Positions 12,961 through 28,409 of a stretch of DNA of 64,000 bases are shown here, piece by piece. Each line of letters starts with the position of its first letter. Positions within the stretch are counted from its first letter, which is position 1. The DNA lies in NCBI RefSeq assembly GCF_006345805.1, contig NC_043006.1, positions 9,176,001 to 9,240,000 on the forward strand. Direction: 5' to 3'. The notes beneath the pieces were generated by a model that was not told the DNA's origin, did no database searches, and saw only the letters and a list, made by a program, of their open reading frames with translations. The position numbers were made by a program, and so were the translations under genes. The stretch is from Octopus sinensis. Taxonomy: Eukaryota.

Positions 12961-13545
12961 AATGGAATAGGAGCGATAATGAGCGTGCATGTATTTAAAC
13001 ATTTGCATCAAGTGTGTATTTTATTTTTGCCTATACCCAAGCATCATGTATGTTTTTTTTTCTTTACTTCTTTCCCTTTGTGTTCATTTGCATTTTGTAT
13101 ATTTGGTATACAGTCGATTCTCTCTGTCATAAACGAAACTGCATTGTTGGCATTTTGTCAAGAGCAATCGTGAAAGTTACATGTTAATTTTAGAAAAGCC
13201 TCACATATTTTTACTGCTGCATTAAAAAATTGCTGGCCAAATATATGTTAAGAGGCTACATGCTTTGCCTAAAACTCCTAACGTTACTAGATTGTCATTT
13301 ATCGTTTTATCTCAGAGCGAAGAGCGGCAGTAATTATATATGTGAAATAATAATCTATGTAGCGAAGCTGTAGATTACGAAGCACTGCACCGTAAATATT
13401 CTGTTTACATTGATTTTAAAAGAAATCTTTATATCTGCAAGGCAGTTGAACTCTATCACTGGCCATAATTTTCCTTTTCTCACCGACACAACTTTATCAA
13501 GCATTTTATGTTTACACTTGGCAGAAGTTTTATGAGAATGTTTCA

Positions 13546-13605
<60 letters not shown>

Positions 13606-13700
13606 GGCATTATACATACATGCCAGGAGGCATTCTACATACACGCCATACGCTAAGAGGGACAATCAGTCATTTCTACCAAAATATATATATATATATA

Positions 13701-13906
13701 CCTATCGTTGTATATACGCATGTTTATATTTATATTTATTTACCCATGTGAAGATGTATATGTGTGTATGGGTATGTATGCATGTATAAATATTTGTACC
13801 AACTTACACGTCTCTGTATGGATGCATTTATATAAGTATGCAGGCATGTATATATTACTAATGTTTTTCGGTGTATATACAAAGTGTGTACGTGTGTATA
13901 TATACG

Positions 13907-13938
<32 letters not shown>

Positions 13939-14151
13939 TATATATACCTATCCTTGTATATACGCGTGTTTATATTTATATTTATTTACCCATGTGAGGA
14001 CGTATATGTGTATATGGGTATGTATGCATGTATAAATATTTGTACCAACATACACTTCTCTGTATGGATGCATTTATATAAGTATGCGGGCATGTATATA
14101 TTACTAATGTTTTTCAGTGTATATACAAAGTGTGTGTGTGTTATATACGAT
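13701..14151. repeat. Tandem duplication with ~246-bp period
   Basis: 13701-~13910 repeats at 13947-14151 with scattered substitutions; the copies are separated by (TA)n. Confidence 0.9.
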
Positions 14152-15018
14152 TAGAATCGTATGTAATTCGCTTCATTGAATTGAAAATCTTCAAAGGAGT
14201 CTATTAAAGTATTGATTCCTACAACATTGCTGTAAACATAAGTATGGTTCCTTTTCGTATTATTCATTCTCTGCAGTGTTGTAAATTATAGACAGTATTG
14301 TGCAGCTTAAACTGCAATATATTCATGTGTAGCTTTAATTATTATCAATATTATTTTTATTAACACGGTGTTGCTTTGGAGAGTTCATTTTAGCATATTG
14401 TATTCTTCGAGTTTTTTCTTCATTTTCTTCTCAGCATTCTTGTGAACAAAACAGGTTCCGTTCTTTACAAATTCATCTTGCATTACATGTACAGTGTATC
14501 GTGGTCTGTATTATAAACTCAACTGTGCCCGTTATTTTGAACATAGTATGGTATTTCATGAAATCGATTTAGTTGCTATATCTAGTATATCAACTGACAT
14601 TGCACACAGACATTCTCTATACCTAATTAACGTTAAAGAAAAGATTTACAGTAGCACGATAGAGAAATTCTTGACAAGGAATCTATCCCTCTTAATTTGC
14701 CTTTACAATAGTTTTAAATATATTCATTTATCACCTTTGGCAGAAGTGATATTTTAGCCTTGATATAGCGTCTCTCTCAGTTGGAGGATATGTACCATGA
14801 TATAATTTACGGGACACTAAGGTTTCGAAAACTTTTAGGGCTCAATTTTGCAACGCATGTATACCTTAAAGGTGTGACCAATGACATTATTCTGATAACA
14901 GAAATCAGAATCATAATAATGATAATCAATAAACACCTCCAAAAAATTATATTCGCTTTTCTAAATACAACAAACGATTTCAGGATAACAACAGAGAAAT
15001 CGACTGATTTATCTATCG

Positions 15019-15124
<106 letters not shown>

Positions 15125-15125
15125 A

Positions 15126-15162
<37 letters not shown>

Positions 15163-16612
15163 GGGACGCTGGACCGACGGCCCGGTTGAGTTGCTCGGGG
15201 TCTGGTTTGGTCCGGACCTCCAAGTGGAGAAGAACTGGAACGAGATAACGAGTAGGGTGGTCACTCTCGCCCGGCAATGGGCCGAGAGGAAACTGTCCCT
15301 AAAAGGTCGAGCGGAGGTGGCGAACACGTACATCGCGTCCGTCATCTACTACCGCCTGACCGTCGTACCTTGTCCCGACCCTACCATCACCAAACTACAA
15401 CGCATCCTCTTTCGCTTCTTGTGGAAAGGATGCGTCCCGATGGTCAGGCGATCCATTTGCTGTCAACACCCGTTAAAAGGAGGGCTGGGCATGCCGTGGT
15501 TGATGATGCGCAGACACGCGCTGAGACTGCGACATCTCTGGCTCTATGTAGACGACGGTGAACAGGTGTGGTCGCCGTTTGTGAGGCACGCTTTCCCGCA
15601 GCTCGTCTCCATGACCGAACTGCAGTCGTGGATCAAAAAGAGGCCGAGAAGGGCGAATGGCACCGCGAGTGTCGCGTTGCTCTCAAGCAACTCTGCCATC
15701 CTGGGTCGACCTTAAGTGACTTCAACACAACCAAAGCATTCTATAGGGGTTTAGTGGAGGGGAGGTACGACGACGAGCTCGGGGCGAACCTGGACGTCGA
15801 CGAGGAGTACCTGACCCGCCTGTTCGGGACGACTTTCGGGCCAGGGCCCATGGACAACTTCCAGAGATCCCTGGCCTGTGGGCTTATGTCGAACAACTGC
15901 TGTCACGTGTGGGACGAGTCGGTTTATCAGCTGAGTCTATCGTCAATATTGTCACGCCTCCTTCCTTCAAACGGGAAGGAAGAGCTATTTTCATCATCCT
16001 TGTGGCTATGGCGAAAGAATGTATCTGGTGGACGCGTCTGAAAGGATTGGAGACAAACACTTTCCTCTCTGGTCAATCTCTCATCAACTTCTTCAAGTAC
16101 CACTTGAAAAGGAAGTGAGAGTAGAGAGGCAAGTTTTGTCTAGCGAATGTTTCAAAAAAAGATGGTAATGTGCAAAGAATGGCACGTATGAATGACGAAG
16201 CCACCTTGAGCATAGTCCTATGAACCCAGAATCGAAAACAGAGAGTTGCTTATTTGCAAAAAAAAAAAAAAAAAAAAAGAAATATAAAATGTGACTTCAT
16301 TGACCGAGGTTACCGTGGTCTTTTCCGCAGGCTTTTCTTTCCACGGGTAAACCTCACCTGTCCTCCCCTTTACACCTTCATATTGACATTTCTGTGATAA
16401 CGATCCCTATTGATCATTTTTTTTTTCCTCTCCCCCCTTTTTTTTTTTTTTTTTAACCCCCCTTATTTTTGTCCTCTTTCTCTCCTTTTACGATCCCTTT
16501 TGATCGAACCTCCCCTTCCTTTTTTTTTTTTTTTTTTTATACCTTCAAAAGAAAAGTTCTACCTTGTAATTTGTTCTATCTGTGTGCAGCCCTGTGTGGC
16601 TAATAAGAAACA
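15163..16612 (+). mobile_element. Tx1/L1-clade LINE, 5'-truncated, inside (TATC)n
   Basis: MLGVWFG..NWNEITSRV...WAERKLSLKGRAEVANTYIASVIYY..FLWKG....HPLKGGLGMP is the post-RT region of L1/Tx1 ORF2. It has frameshifts and an apparent internal deletion near 15880. The 3' UTR ends GTGGCTAATAAGAAAC, and (TATC)n lies on both sides. Confidence 0.85.
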
Positions 16613-16614
16613 TA

Positions 16615-16684
<70 letters not shown>

Positions 16685-16810
16685 AATCTATCTATCTATC
16701 TATCTATCAATCAATCTATTTATCTATCTATCTATATATATATATATACCTACCTATCTATCTATTTAAGTAATCTACCAGTCTATCTATCTTCATCTCT
16801 CCTCTCTCTA

Positions 16811-16899
<89 letters not shown>

Positions 16900-16960
16900 C
16901 ATATGCATTTACGTACACACTTCCCTGCATAAGTAGCTAACGTAAGTACATATACATATA

Positions 16961-17028
<68 letters not shown>

Positions 17029-17856
17029 CATTCATATATATTCAATCAGGATGATTATGTTGTTCGTATACTCAATAACAACGATCATGCTTTTGAAGTC
17101 AGACTTTTCGAATTTCGAAAACAACAGAAAAGATTTAATCAGATTAACGGCAAAACGTATGCCTATTGTTTATGAAAAAAAGAGGACCTCCACCGTATTG
17201 AATGATGCACATTTCAGTGTTTCCTCTGAAATGAATGACGTGCTAATTATATGTAATTAAAAAGTAATTCTTAATTTAATTTAGTTTGCTAGTCAGTCCA
17301 CTCTATTATTTTCGACAATTTACTCAGCAAATATAGTCCTCACACGAAAGTTCACATCCACTGTGCGCGTATACGACGTGTGTGCTCACTCAGACACACA
17401 CACACACATATTCATATACATATTCATATACATATATGCTAACATGCACATATGTATATGTGTGTGTATGCCCGCTTCTCTCTCTCTCTCTCTCTATTAT
17501 CTCTCTATCTCTCTGTCTCTTTTGTATGTGTGCGTACTACTATAATGTGTGGCGAGCATTACTGATGAAGAAATCAAGAATTTGCATTTTTTAATTACTT
17601 TTGGAACACTTCCTAAAACAAATTTATTCCAACCTTTGACTTTTACCAGTTATTTATTTCTATGTTTTTCTAAAATATCTACAAAAGGTCAGAATCAACA
17701 GTCAGTAATTAATCAAATATTGTATCTTTTCTTCTACCGCGAAAATACATCTCATACATCTTAGTACAGTTCACCTTTAGTAGAAAACATCTCATTTATC
17801 TTTTTGCCAAGTGGGAAGGTAGCATCTATGGAACGTTACAAAGCCAGCGAGAATAA

Positions 17857-18092
17857 TGGTCGAGCTGGCAGAATCGTTAGCACGCCGGGCGAAATGCTAA
17901 ACGGTATTTCGTCTGCCGATACGTTCTGAGTTCAAATTCCGCCGAGGTCGACTTTGCCTCTAATCCTTTCGGGGTCGATTAAATAAGTATCAGTTACGCA
18001 CTGGGGTCGATGTAATCGACTTAATCCGTTTGTCTGTCCTTGTTTGTCCCTTCTGTGTTTAGCCCCTTGTGGGTAGTAAAGAAATAGGTATT
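17857..18092 (+). mobile_element. tRNA-derived SINE family B, near full length
   Basis: GAGCTGGCAGAATCGTTAG...GAGTTCAAATTCCGCCGAGGTCGACTTTGCC...GGGGTCGAT; multiple copies in the window. Confidence 0.9.
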
Positions 18093-20554
18093 GAGGGACT
18101 ATTTTATCCTCATGCTCCAGGATCAAATAATTGAATGGAAATGGATTTGATGAATATACCTAGTGTTTTATGTACTGACGTTACAATTTTTTAGATTCTT
18201 AACGAAATATTAAAAAATTAAAGTGCTTAATTTTTTAGGACATAATACCCATAATATTCTGAGCCGGTTCATATATAATTTACCTGTCAATTATTGTTCA
18301 GATATTACATTTATGATGACAGGAACTGGTAGATTATGATTGAAACAAGTGAGAGAAAGCATCGATCGAATGTACCATTAAATATGTTTAGTACTGATAA
18401 GAAACTATCTCCACGTGATGGTCTTACGGACAGAATTAAATGTAGACATTGATATGAAGTGACTGCAAATGCAATATAGGTCTGTAAAAAGATGGCGTTG
18501 AGGAACGTCTACGTTGACGGTATTAAATCGATAAACTAACCAGCAGTCAATATTTTTTGGAGGATACATGTATTTTCTGTAAAAGTCCATGGCGTATTTT
18601 TCAATCCCTTCTACTGTACCCTAGTAGAATAGTTTAACACTGTAATGTGTATACAGAATTTATATGCAAGGCTCTCATACTAATCACTTATTTATTTTTG
18701 CTACTCTCGGCCACTGATTTCGGTTATGCAGCGGCTCATTGGTTTCTATGTGTATATATATGTATGTACTTATGCATGTATGCTGAAGTTTGTCCCGGAA
18801 ATATAACTGTCTTCAGTCCATGGTGTAGAGTAGTTTAATTTTATACTTATCAAGTCTTTTGCCTCATGTTCGCGTTTTCTTCAAATACGATCAGCTGAAG
18901 TTTTCTTTTATTTCAGAGTTTCAGTCTAGTTGTATTTACGCTAGAATGGCACTATTAATATCTCTATATCTTTCAAATTCTGATTTTAAAAAAGAAATTA
19001 AGTCAGTCCTTTTCCACTATCATTATTATACAGGCAGTCCTTTTCCGATTCATCATTCTCGCTGCCACTGGTTAACTTTGCCGTGTTAACAATATTTTCA
19101 CTATTTTTACATCGTTGATAGCGCTTTCCTTCTTCTCCTCCATTTAATTAGCATAAACTCCATCCTCTATTTCTAAATTGCTTACATACATCTTGTTTAA
19201 CATCGTTTACTTCAATAAATTTAAAGTCTACGGGTGTCTATTGCCTAATTCCATCTTGATTTGCAACAGATTCCAAGTTGCCAGAGCCAAAAATTAGTTT
19301 ATATATTATGTCAAGGATTGTGCTTTTATACATTACGTCGAGAGTGCATCTCATTAGAGATGACTGGAATATGACCTGAATGTAATTTGTTTAAGCAAAA
19401 TTGTACACACCTCAGTAGACAGAATCTGTACAGCGAACGTCAACCCGGAGTTAAAGCCTTTATTTCGTTCTGTTCGTTTGCTGGCGTTAGGAATGTCGAG
19501 TCTTCTATGTAATATCTGTTTCTGTTGTACCAACGAATGATCAGTTTGATGTTTGCAGGAGTTATTTGAAACGAAATGTTTCTAAGATCATATCAGATAT
19601 TTATTTCTAAGGTGATCAGACATATGTTTTGCATAATAATGAACGCCAGTTTTTATCTAATCCCAGTATGTATTTATACGCTCATTACGCCGTTGCATAT
19701 CTGAAATATTTTTTCTATAGATACAGTTTAAACATTAAAATGGGTTTCTTCTATAAATAATGCGGAACGTGTCAATATGCGTTGAATGGTTATCTTTTCT
19801 TATTTCGAATTTTACAATTAAATAACCATTAATCAATTCATCCAATTTCATTTTATTCTCTTGGTTGTGAGATGTTAAACATTCCATTGTTTCTTTTGCG
19901 TATATAGCTGAATCTTTTATTGCTTGTATTTGTGTGTTTGTGTGCGGGGATGTGTGTGTATATGTGTCTGTGTGTGTAGTAATGTGTATGGAGTTTGCAA
20001 TAGACATAAACAGTTGCGAAGTTTCTCATAATTAGAATTAATGAGTTTTTTTTCACCAATATTAGAAGCATTACGCTAAAGGACAAGTTATCCAGGAAGG
20101 AAAACCAAAAACGAACATCCTATAATTTAATACACCCTTACGCCTAAACTTACTAGCATGTGTGGCAAACATTTTCTAAACCTTTCTAACCAAAGAGCTA
20201 TTCAGAGTTTTAAATGACACCCATGACCTGGGGTTTTTTTTAAACGTGCCAAAGCTCACTACAGAAGAACGTGAACGCAAATACGCGCACAAAAATAACA
20301 CACAACGACACACTTACACAAAGGCACACACTTGCACATACGCACTTACACACGCACATTTACACACACGCGCGGTTACACTAACACATACACACATGTA
20401 CAAATGTGCATAAATGCAACTTTCTATATAATAGTAAAACGGCTGATGGCCTTCAATGTGTTTAATCCAAATTATTACTGAACTATTTCACAAATACCTT
20501 TAAAATACGAAACTAAAATCAGAAATAGGAGCACTGAGACCGATGAAAAGATTT

Positions 20555-20935
20555 TATGAAAGCTTCCCAACCACATTGTTCTGGGTTTAGTTCCAATGTT
20601 TGAAACCTCTGCTTCTATAGCCCGGGCCGTCTAAGGCTTTGTGAGTGGATGACGTAGACGGTAACTGAAAGAAGGCTGTTACATATATGCGTGTATGTTT
20701 CTGTCTGTGTGTGTCTGTATTTGTGTGTTCTTGTGTCTGAGTTTATCCGCCCCCACCGTTTCACAACCAGTTGTGGTATGTTCCCATAACTTAGAGTTTC
20801 AGCGAAACAGGGACGGCTAGAATAAGTACCAAGCTTAAAAGCAATTAGAATTAATGTCGATTCGTTCGACTTAAAATTCTTGAAGGCGGTAACCCAGCAT
20901 GACCGCTTTCGAATGACTGAAACAAGTAGGACATA
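20555..20935 (+). mobile_element. SINE family A, diverged
   Basis: CCCAACCACATTG.., GTGAGTGGAT..GACGG.AACTGAAAGAAG, internal TG-rich tract, and AATGACTGAAACAAGTA end. Confidence 0.75.
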
Positions 20936-21561
20936 AACTATTAAAGATATATGTTCATACATACAAATCGATTAAATTGTAGACATTATAAAGTACTTAC
21001 ATTAAAGATCTCAGTCATTGGTTGTGGGTCTTATGATATCGCTGCTAATTGCCGTTTAGAAAGAAATAGTAGTCTTGTATTTTTTTGTTTTGCTTTCTTA
21101 TCACTGAATATTTTATCTTTAGATAATGCTCTAATGTTGCACGTGTTATAAATGTGTACAATCGCTTAACTAACTTCATAGATTGCCAAACTGTAAACCA
21201 AATATAAGACTGACGAAAATAATGCAATATATTTAGTTTGAAAGATCCAATAATCGAAAGTTCTTCGAGGTTTTAGAATAAAAGCTTTAGTTTTTGGCTA
21301 CTAAGTTGACAATTATTGATGCTGAGGATAATGGCAATAAAAGAGGAACGTTATATTAGATTAAATGTTCTCTACCAACCAGTTTGTATACGTCATATTG
21401 TAATTTTCTTCGTTTATCGTTGACATCAAATGTCCTATCGAATAAGTACAGGGATTTGCAAATCACAAAGATCAATAGATCCAGTGTTTCGAAAACATTA
21501 GGCATAAGAGTGTCTAACCTTCTCACTTTTGTTACAGATACTTTCTTTTCTAACTTAATTT

Positions 21562-21633
<72 letters not shown>

Positions 21634-22389
21634 ATGTGTGTGTGTATGTGTGTGTATGTGTGTGTGTGCGTGTGTGTGTGTGTGTGTGTGTATTTGTGTG
21701 TGTTTGTATATGTGAAAAAAGATTAGAGATGTATACAAATCAAATTTCTACGTATAAAAAAAATTGAGGTAGAAATCGAACAGATATAAATCTATGACAT
21801 TTCACTTTAAGATAAAATGTATTAAAATGATGTAAAATTATATAAAGGAAACATTACTTCTTTCGATAATGATTCTCATCATCAAATATCAGGAGAAATT
21901 TATAAAAGTCAGTTTATCTTCTGTCTTGGCGGCAAAAGCATATACATAGGTTTGAATTTTTTTACGCAAAACGATTTGAATTTACGAATAAAGCTCCTAA
22001 TCCATTATGTCGGCGAGAGACGAGTGGTGCTGTCTCGTGAACCAATTGTTAGGATTGCATCGAGTTGTACCGATATAACGTAGGATAAATATAGTAACTA
22101 TAACAATAATCCTTGGATTGAATGTTTAAACATTTGATGCATCGCTATACGTATCACCACATACCACATGTCTCTTAAAATCACTGTCTTAATTCCTGTG
22201 GTGCTTATAGTGTAGTCCGTAGTATCTTTGGACATCGGGTAGATCTATTGATTGTTGTGATTTGTGAATCTCTTAACGGTGTGTGATCTCAAAAGATATG
22301 TGATATGTGGAACCGCGCGTAGTAATGCATTAAATGTTTATGAATTCCATCCAACGATTTCTGTTATTATTACCCCAAATATATATATA

Positions 22390-22435
<46 letters not shown>

Positions 22436-22453
22436 TATATATATATTATAATA

Positions 22454-22521
<68 letters not shown>

Positions 22522-23499
22522 GTGATATTACTACTAATGTTCTTGAACTTTCCCTTGCGTAGTCTTATTCAGTTGCATAGTAAATTATATGTGTATTCTA
22601 ATAGTCGGCACCCAACTGGAGCTATTTTCATGGGCTACATCTGACTTAAAATTCATTTATCTATTATATGTATGTGTGTGCGGGTGTCCCAGTGTTTTCC
22701 GTATACATACACTCCCAAACATGCGCACACAATTACAAACACATACACACAAACACACAGACCAGCAGATAGATGTACATACGGATACTATACGGACGAG
22801 AAAGAATGAAATCCACAACCGACTTACGTTATAGCAATCAGGCATTTGTGAGCAAATCCATCTTCGTAGCAAAAAACAAACAGTTACTTGAGGAAGTAAA
22901 TCATCTAAAAAGAATCTTTTTTTTGGGGGGGGGGATTCTGTGAACTACTGAATGATGTTTCCTACCGTGTGCCATACTATACTAAATATTGTGAAGCGCA
23001 AATATAAAAACGCAGAGCGTTAATGAAAATCTTTGTCTTATGATATCAAAGATTGTATTGTTTTCAAATCCGCATATTCGTGTCTCAGAAAAAAATCCAA
23101 AAAAACTTCATGCTTCAAATCATAGTCTACAGACATTTGTGGCCATTTGTGTGTATGTGTTTGTGTAAGGTGCATGTGTGCTCGCGCACGTGACTGTTTG
23201 TGTGTATGTGTTCGTGCATGGTCTTTTCGCTGAATTCAGATAACATTTCGAAGTTTCAGAGCTTAGTTTCTAACAAGGTTAGGGTCCATATAAAATATAT
23301 GTTCATACGGACACTTCAGTATCCCTCTACTTTATAGAGGACCAATATAAAATCTCTACACAGGCTAGGCAGAAAACCTATATGTCGTTGAATATAATTA
23401 TATCATCTAATTATTTTGTATATCTTCATTTATACTTATATGAAAATTAGTAGCTGAGTTAAAGGATAGAATTTCCACTAACTTCTACAATATTCTTCA

Positions 23500-23790
23500 C
23501 CTATAGGCACAGGATAGACTGTGTCGTAAGAAGCTTGCTTCCCAAACACACATCCCCAAAGCCTTCTCCGTGGATTCCGTTTCTTATATATACATCATAG
23601 CCGGTGTTTGTGTGTTTGTGTCTCCCTAACTTACATGTTCCGCAAAAGAAACTGATAGGAATCAGTACCACGTTTGATCGAAAAATATGTACTGGGTTCG
23701 ATTTATTCTACTACAAAAATATTTTTCAATGTGGTACCCCAGCATGGTCCCACTCTAATGACTGAAAGAAGTGTAAAAAAAAAAGATATG
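23500..23790 (+). mobile_element. SINE family A, old copy
   Basis: CTGTGTCGTAAGAAGCTTGCTTCCC head and CCCAGCATGG..AATGACTGAAA tail. Confidence 0.6.
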
Positions 23791-23814
23791 AGGAAACATT
23801 TTAGTAAATATAAT

Positions 23815-23965
23815 TACTTCCCATCAAATTTGCCCGAAGGATATCAGTTTTGAGGGGAAATGAAAGACGTGGACATCGATCCCAATACTCAATAGGTACT
23901 TATCTTACTGACCTCAAAATGACGGACGTTGGCGGCATATGAAATCAGAACATAAAGCAACAGTA
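23815..23965 (-). mobile_element. SINE family B, old copy
   Basis: ACATCGATCCCAATACTCAATAGGTACTTAT is the reverse complement of the family B core. Confidence 0.5.
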
Positions 23966-24874
23966 AAAGTGTTGCTAGTCACTTTATTTTGTCCTGCGTG
24001 ATGAACTTTTTACCCTGCTCGCCTCCTTTAAGCGTATGAATGCCTCATGGTGGGGAATCATTTTCCAGTCTCCCGTGTATTAGGCAGGTATACTTTTCAC
24101 AATAGTATCAATGGCAACACGTTGACCATCTTGTGTATCACATGAGATACACTGGGCTTAATTCCTGGGATTCAAGCATCAAGTATGATAAAGATTTCTG
24201 ATTTTTCAAGTACAAGAGTAACTTGAGAGTAACGAGACTATATTGTTTAGAACGTATGAAAAAAATTGCAGGCTAAAATGCTGAAAACGAGCATGAAATC
24301 TTTTAAAGAAACTATGAAAATGCTTGCTATTTTGCGTTGCTGTTTTTGCTCACGTTGCTACGTCATGCAGCCATTTTATCTCATCATAAACCCAACTCAC
24401 TTTCTCAAACAGATGAATGTCTTGTATCGCATAAGTTACAATTTCTGTCAAAACCCCACACACAAACACACACACACACTCACAGGCACTTTATCTCCCT
24501 TGCTTATCTGATTTATTTTCAACTATTAACCTTCTTTTCTGTTACCTCCAGCAGTTCTTTTATATTTTTTATTTTTCTTCAGATGATTTTCCCCACTTTC
24601 AGTATGTTTAGTATTTATTTATTTATTTTTTTTTTGTATACGTCTTCTTTCATACTCCTTCTTCTCCTTCTCGGTCATTTTCATGTTCAAACGTTCACCA
24701 TTTCATGCTGATATTTTTTCCTTCTACGAAATACTGGTGACCTTCATAAAGAATGAGAGCTGAAACATCTGGGAAGATAAAAAATAAAAAAAAAAGTTCC
24801 AGCACTCTAAAATTTAGTTCGATTCTCTTTTTTTTATATATATATTGTAGATTACTGCGATCGTATTGTATATG

Positions 24875-24941
<67 letters not shown>

Positions 24942-25543
24942 TATATATACGCATATATATATACATATATATATATGTGTGTGTGTGTGTATGTGTGTAT
25001 GTATGTATATATGAATATATGTATATGTATACATACGCACTTGCATACATACATGCTTGAGTGTGTAAGTTCCTATGAATGTAGTAACAGATAGGTAGAT
25101 AGATAGATAGATAGATACATACATAGATAGATAGATAGGCAGGCAGGCAGAACATTATGGTGTACATTTATGAACTGTCACAATCATAAACTGAATTCGA
25201 TAAAGCAGAAGAGGAAGAGAGAAGAATTCAGCCGTTATCAATCCGAGATTGATCTTGCAAAGGATTACCTGATGAATATGGCAGCTGTCGAGAAAGTAGA
25301 AATGTATTTTATGGATAAATTTATAACCATATTTTATAATACAAACAACCAGCAATATGAGCATAACTAGAAGAGCGAAGTCGTGATTTGTTTAGTTAGT
25401 TTGTTTTATATACTTTATTTTCTTAGCGTGATAACATAGTTATCCACCTACGATACAGGCTTCCACATGGAAGACTGTGGGCTTTGAGAGTTGCAATCCT
25501 AAATCGCAATGTTGGTAAAAAAACAGTATACTGTATATATATA

Positions 25544-25583
<40 letters not shown>

Positions 25584-25827
25584 TATATTATATATATATA
25601 TATATTATATATATATATACATGTATACAGTTCAAATGTACAGAAAACAAAAGATAAAGATAGGTGAGGGAACGACATAATATATACATGCATGCAAACA
25701 GACACATACACACGCACACTTGCACACACATAGTCATACATATGTATTATATGTACGTATATAAGTATATATATATATGTATACATACACATACATATGA
25801 TTTATATATTGATATATATATATATAT

Positions 25828-25876
<49 letters not shown>

Positions 25877-25879
25877 GTG

Positions 25880-26060
25880 ACGATTAGTTGGTTGTGATAA
25901 TAAAACTTTCGTCCATCTTTACGTTCTGAGTTCCAAATCTTCCGAGGTCTTTTTGTGCGGTCAATAAAATATATACCGATTGAGCACTGGGGTCGATGTC
26001 AACGTCTAACACACCTCTCGAAATTGCTGGCCTTGTACCAAAATTTCAAACTAATATTAA
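25880..26060 (+). mobile_element. SINE family B, diverged
   Basis: ACGTTCTGAGTTCCAAAT..CCGAGGTC, GCACTGGGGTCGATG, GCTGGCCTTGTACCAAAATTT. Confidence 0.7.
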
Positions 26061-27143
26061 TTATCGTGCTTCCAATCAAATATTTTTCAATCTATGTTAA
26101 AGTATCGAGTACTCTCCTAACATATCGCATAATGATACATCGAGATAGTATTTAGAAATAGATATTTTTGCAAGTTATTTGATTAATTGGAAGATTCATT
26201 ACTATGTATACAGATATTACTATCTGAACACGACCTGTTCAGATACTAATATGTATTATTGCTTTAGGTACAATTCTGTCCGGTGCGCCAACACATTATT
26301 GGTGTAACGCACTTATTAGTAGGTCACTACCGTATAAAGTAAAATTATATGTTTACTGTAGAATGTAAACACTACGTGTTTACAATTATTTCTCCCACTC
26401 TTGAGTTGGCTTTGAAATGAAAACACAGGTCGACTGTAGACTGATATATATTTAAAAAAAACATTCCCACTTCCAAATAGAATTTCGCTTCCCTTTTATT
26501 CTAAGCCCATTACAATATATAAAACAGTCAGAATTCTTGTATTTTATTGATTGTATATTCGGTTTCAAAGTAAATATACTTATATGCGTATATATGTACT
26601 GGAATGACGCCTGCAAGTATAGATATGTGCATATATGTATGCATGTATATGAACGACCACTAATGTCGAAAATACACATATGTATAATTGACAACGTGTG
26701 AGTCGCACACGTATATTTGTGTGTGTGGTGTGTGTGTGGTGTGTGTGTGGTGTGTGGACATACTTTAAGGGGAACAGCAAAATAAATAATATTGTTTACT
26801 TTCTTTCATGGGTCAGGAAAGAAATACAGGAAACGATCATCAGTTTTATTTAACCCACAGATATATATCTGGTGTTTATATCAGTAAGTTCATAAATTGC
26901 GTGGAAATAAGGAAAGGCTTGCGGTTTAGACGAAAATCGAAAAGCTGAAGGGAGTTCACCTTAAAATAATATGTATGCGTCACTATATATAACATTGTAT
27001 CGGATATTTAACACATTTGCTTTCTTAACACTGTAGTGGATCCATAGCCGTGCGCATAAGTATTGTGTGAGTGGGTGCGCATGCATACGTTATGTATGTA
27101 TACATCTATATCTATCATTCTATCTTTCAAAATATTTATCTCC

Positions 27144-27230
<87 letters not shown>

Positions 27231-27263
27231 AATCTAGATCTATCTATCTATCTATTCTATCTA

Positions 27264-27302
<39 letters not shown>

Positions 27303-27348
27303 ATATCTATCTATATATCTATCTATCGATCTATCTTATATCTATCTA

Positions 27349-27424
<76 letters not shown>

Positions 27425-27430
27425 TATATA

Positions 27431-27517
27431 AACACTCACAACGCCCAGTCTGGGAATCGAAGCACCGATCCTACAACCGCGAGTCCACTGTCCTAACCAC
27501 TGGGCCATTGTGCCTCC
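27431..27517 (-). mobile_element. tRNA-derived SINE head (third family), truncated in (TA)n
   Basis: Minus strand GGAGGCACAATGGCCCAGTGGTTAGG...CTTCGATTCCC carries A- and B-box-like motifs but no complete cloverleaf. Confidence 0.65.
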
Positions 27518-27540
27518 TCATATGTATTATATATATGTGT

Positions 27541-27589
<49 letters not shown>

Positions 27590-28409
27590 TATATATATAT
27601 ATATATATATATAGATAGATATAAAATATATATGTATGTGTGTATAGAGATACATGCAAATATTATTTCTGTATTTATATTTATGAATGTTTACACATAT
27701 ATATCTACGGTCTAGCGTATATATATTATATATACACAAGGAAAGTGTGAAACAAAGAGGCAGGTTGAGAGAGAGGGAAAATATGTAGACTGTGGTAACG
27801 ATACTTATTAGCATAGATGCATAACTACGCACTTGCTTGCGTAAGACCTCGTGTTTGATATTATTTACATCACATAGACATAAATTCATATGTAATCAGA
27901 TCAATCAATCACTCTGATAATCAATAATTTGCTGAAACAACTCTATTTTAGATTCAGCATTGAAGTCACCTTGCGATATTACAATCCACACATACACACA
28001 CACATACACACATAAATACACACACCTACACACAAGCACATACACACGTATGTATGTATGTATATATGCATTGCATTGCATTCTCACATTCTCTAATCAT
28101 TTCCGTATGTTTACTTTAAGAAATTGCTTCGTTCCATCTTACTCCGACTTACATATCTCTCCGTTTGCTCCAACTCAGTCCGCATCTTTTTATTCGTGTG
28201 TGAATATCTATCAATCATCTATCTATCTATCGATCTATCTATTTATCAATATATCTATCTATCTATCTATCTATTCATCTATATATCAGTCCTGTATATC
28301 TATGTAGCTTCCAACATATATATGAAGGACCTACTATCTGCTTATCTACATATTTCTTGACCCATTTATATATATATATATCAATAAATATATATATATA
28401 TATATATAT

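Noticed and set aside
21205-21250. CTGACGA...TTTGAAAGATC
   Set aside because: Only A/T pairing, with no stem I or III; expected by chance.
21430-21520. NKYRDLQI as another R4/Dong fragment
   Set aside because: A single short motif with no supporting flanking similarity.
25265-25305. CTGATGA..GGCAGCTGTC..GAGAAA and the 66-aa ORF 25170-25370 as a PLE GIY-YIG end
   Set aside because: Core spacing is wrong, there is no stem III or UH triplet, and the protein similarity is only impressionistic.
26221-26245. 10-bp hairpin (similar small hairpin at 45340-45370)
   Set aside because: Short inverted repeats without context; not enough to assign a function.
27431-27517. tRNA gene
   Set aside because: No acceptor-stem pairing or Pol III terminator; the sequence continues as a SINE head.
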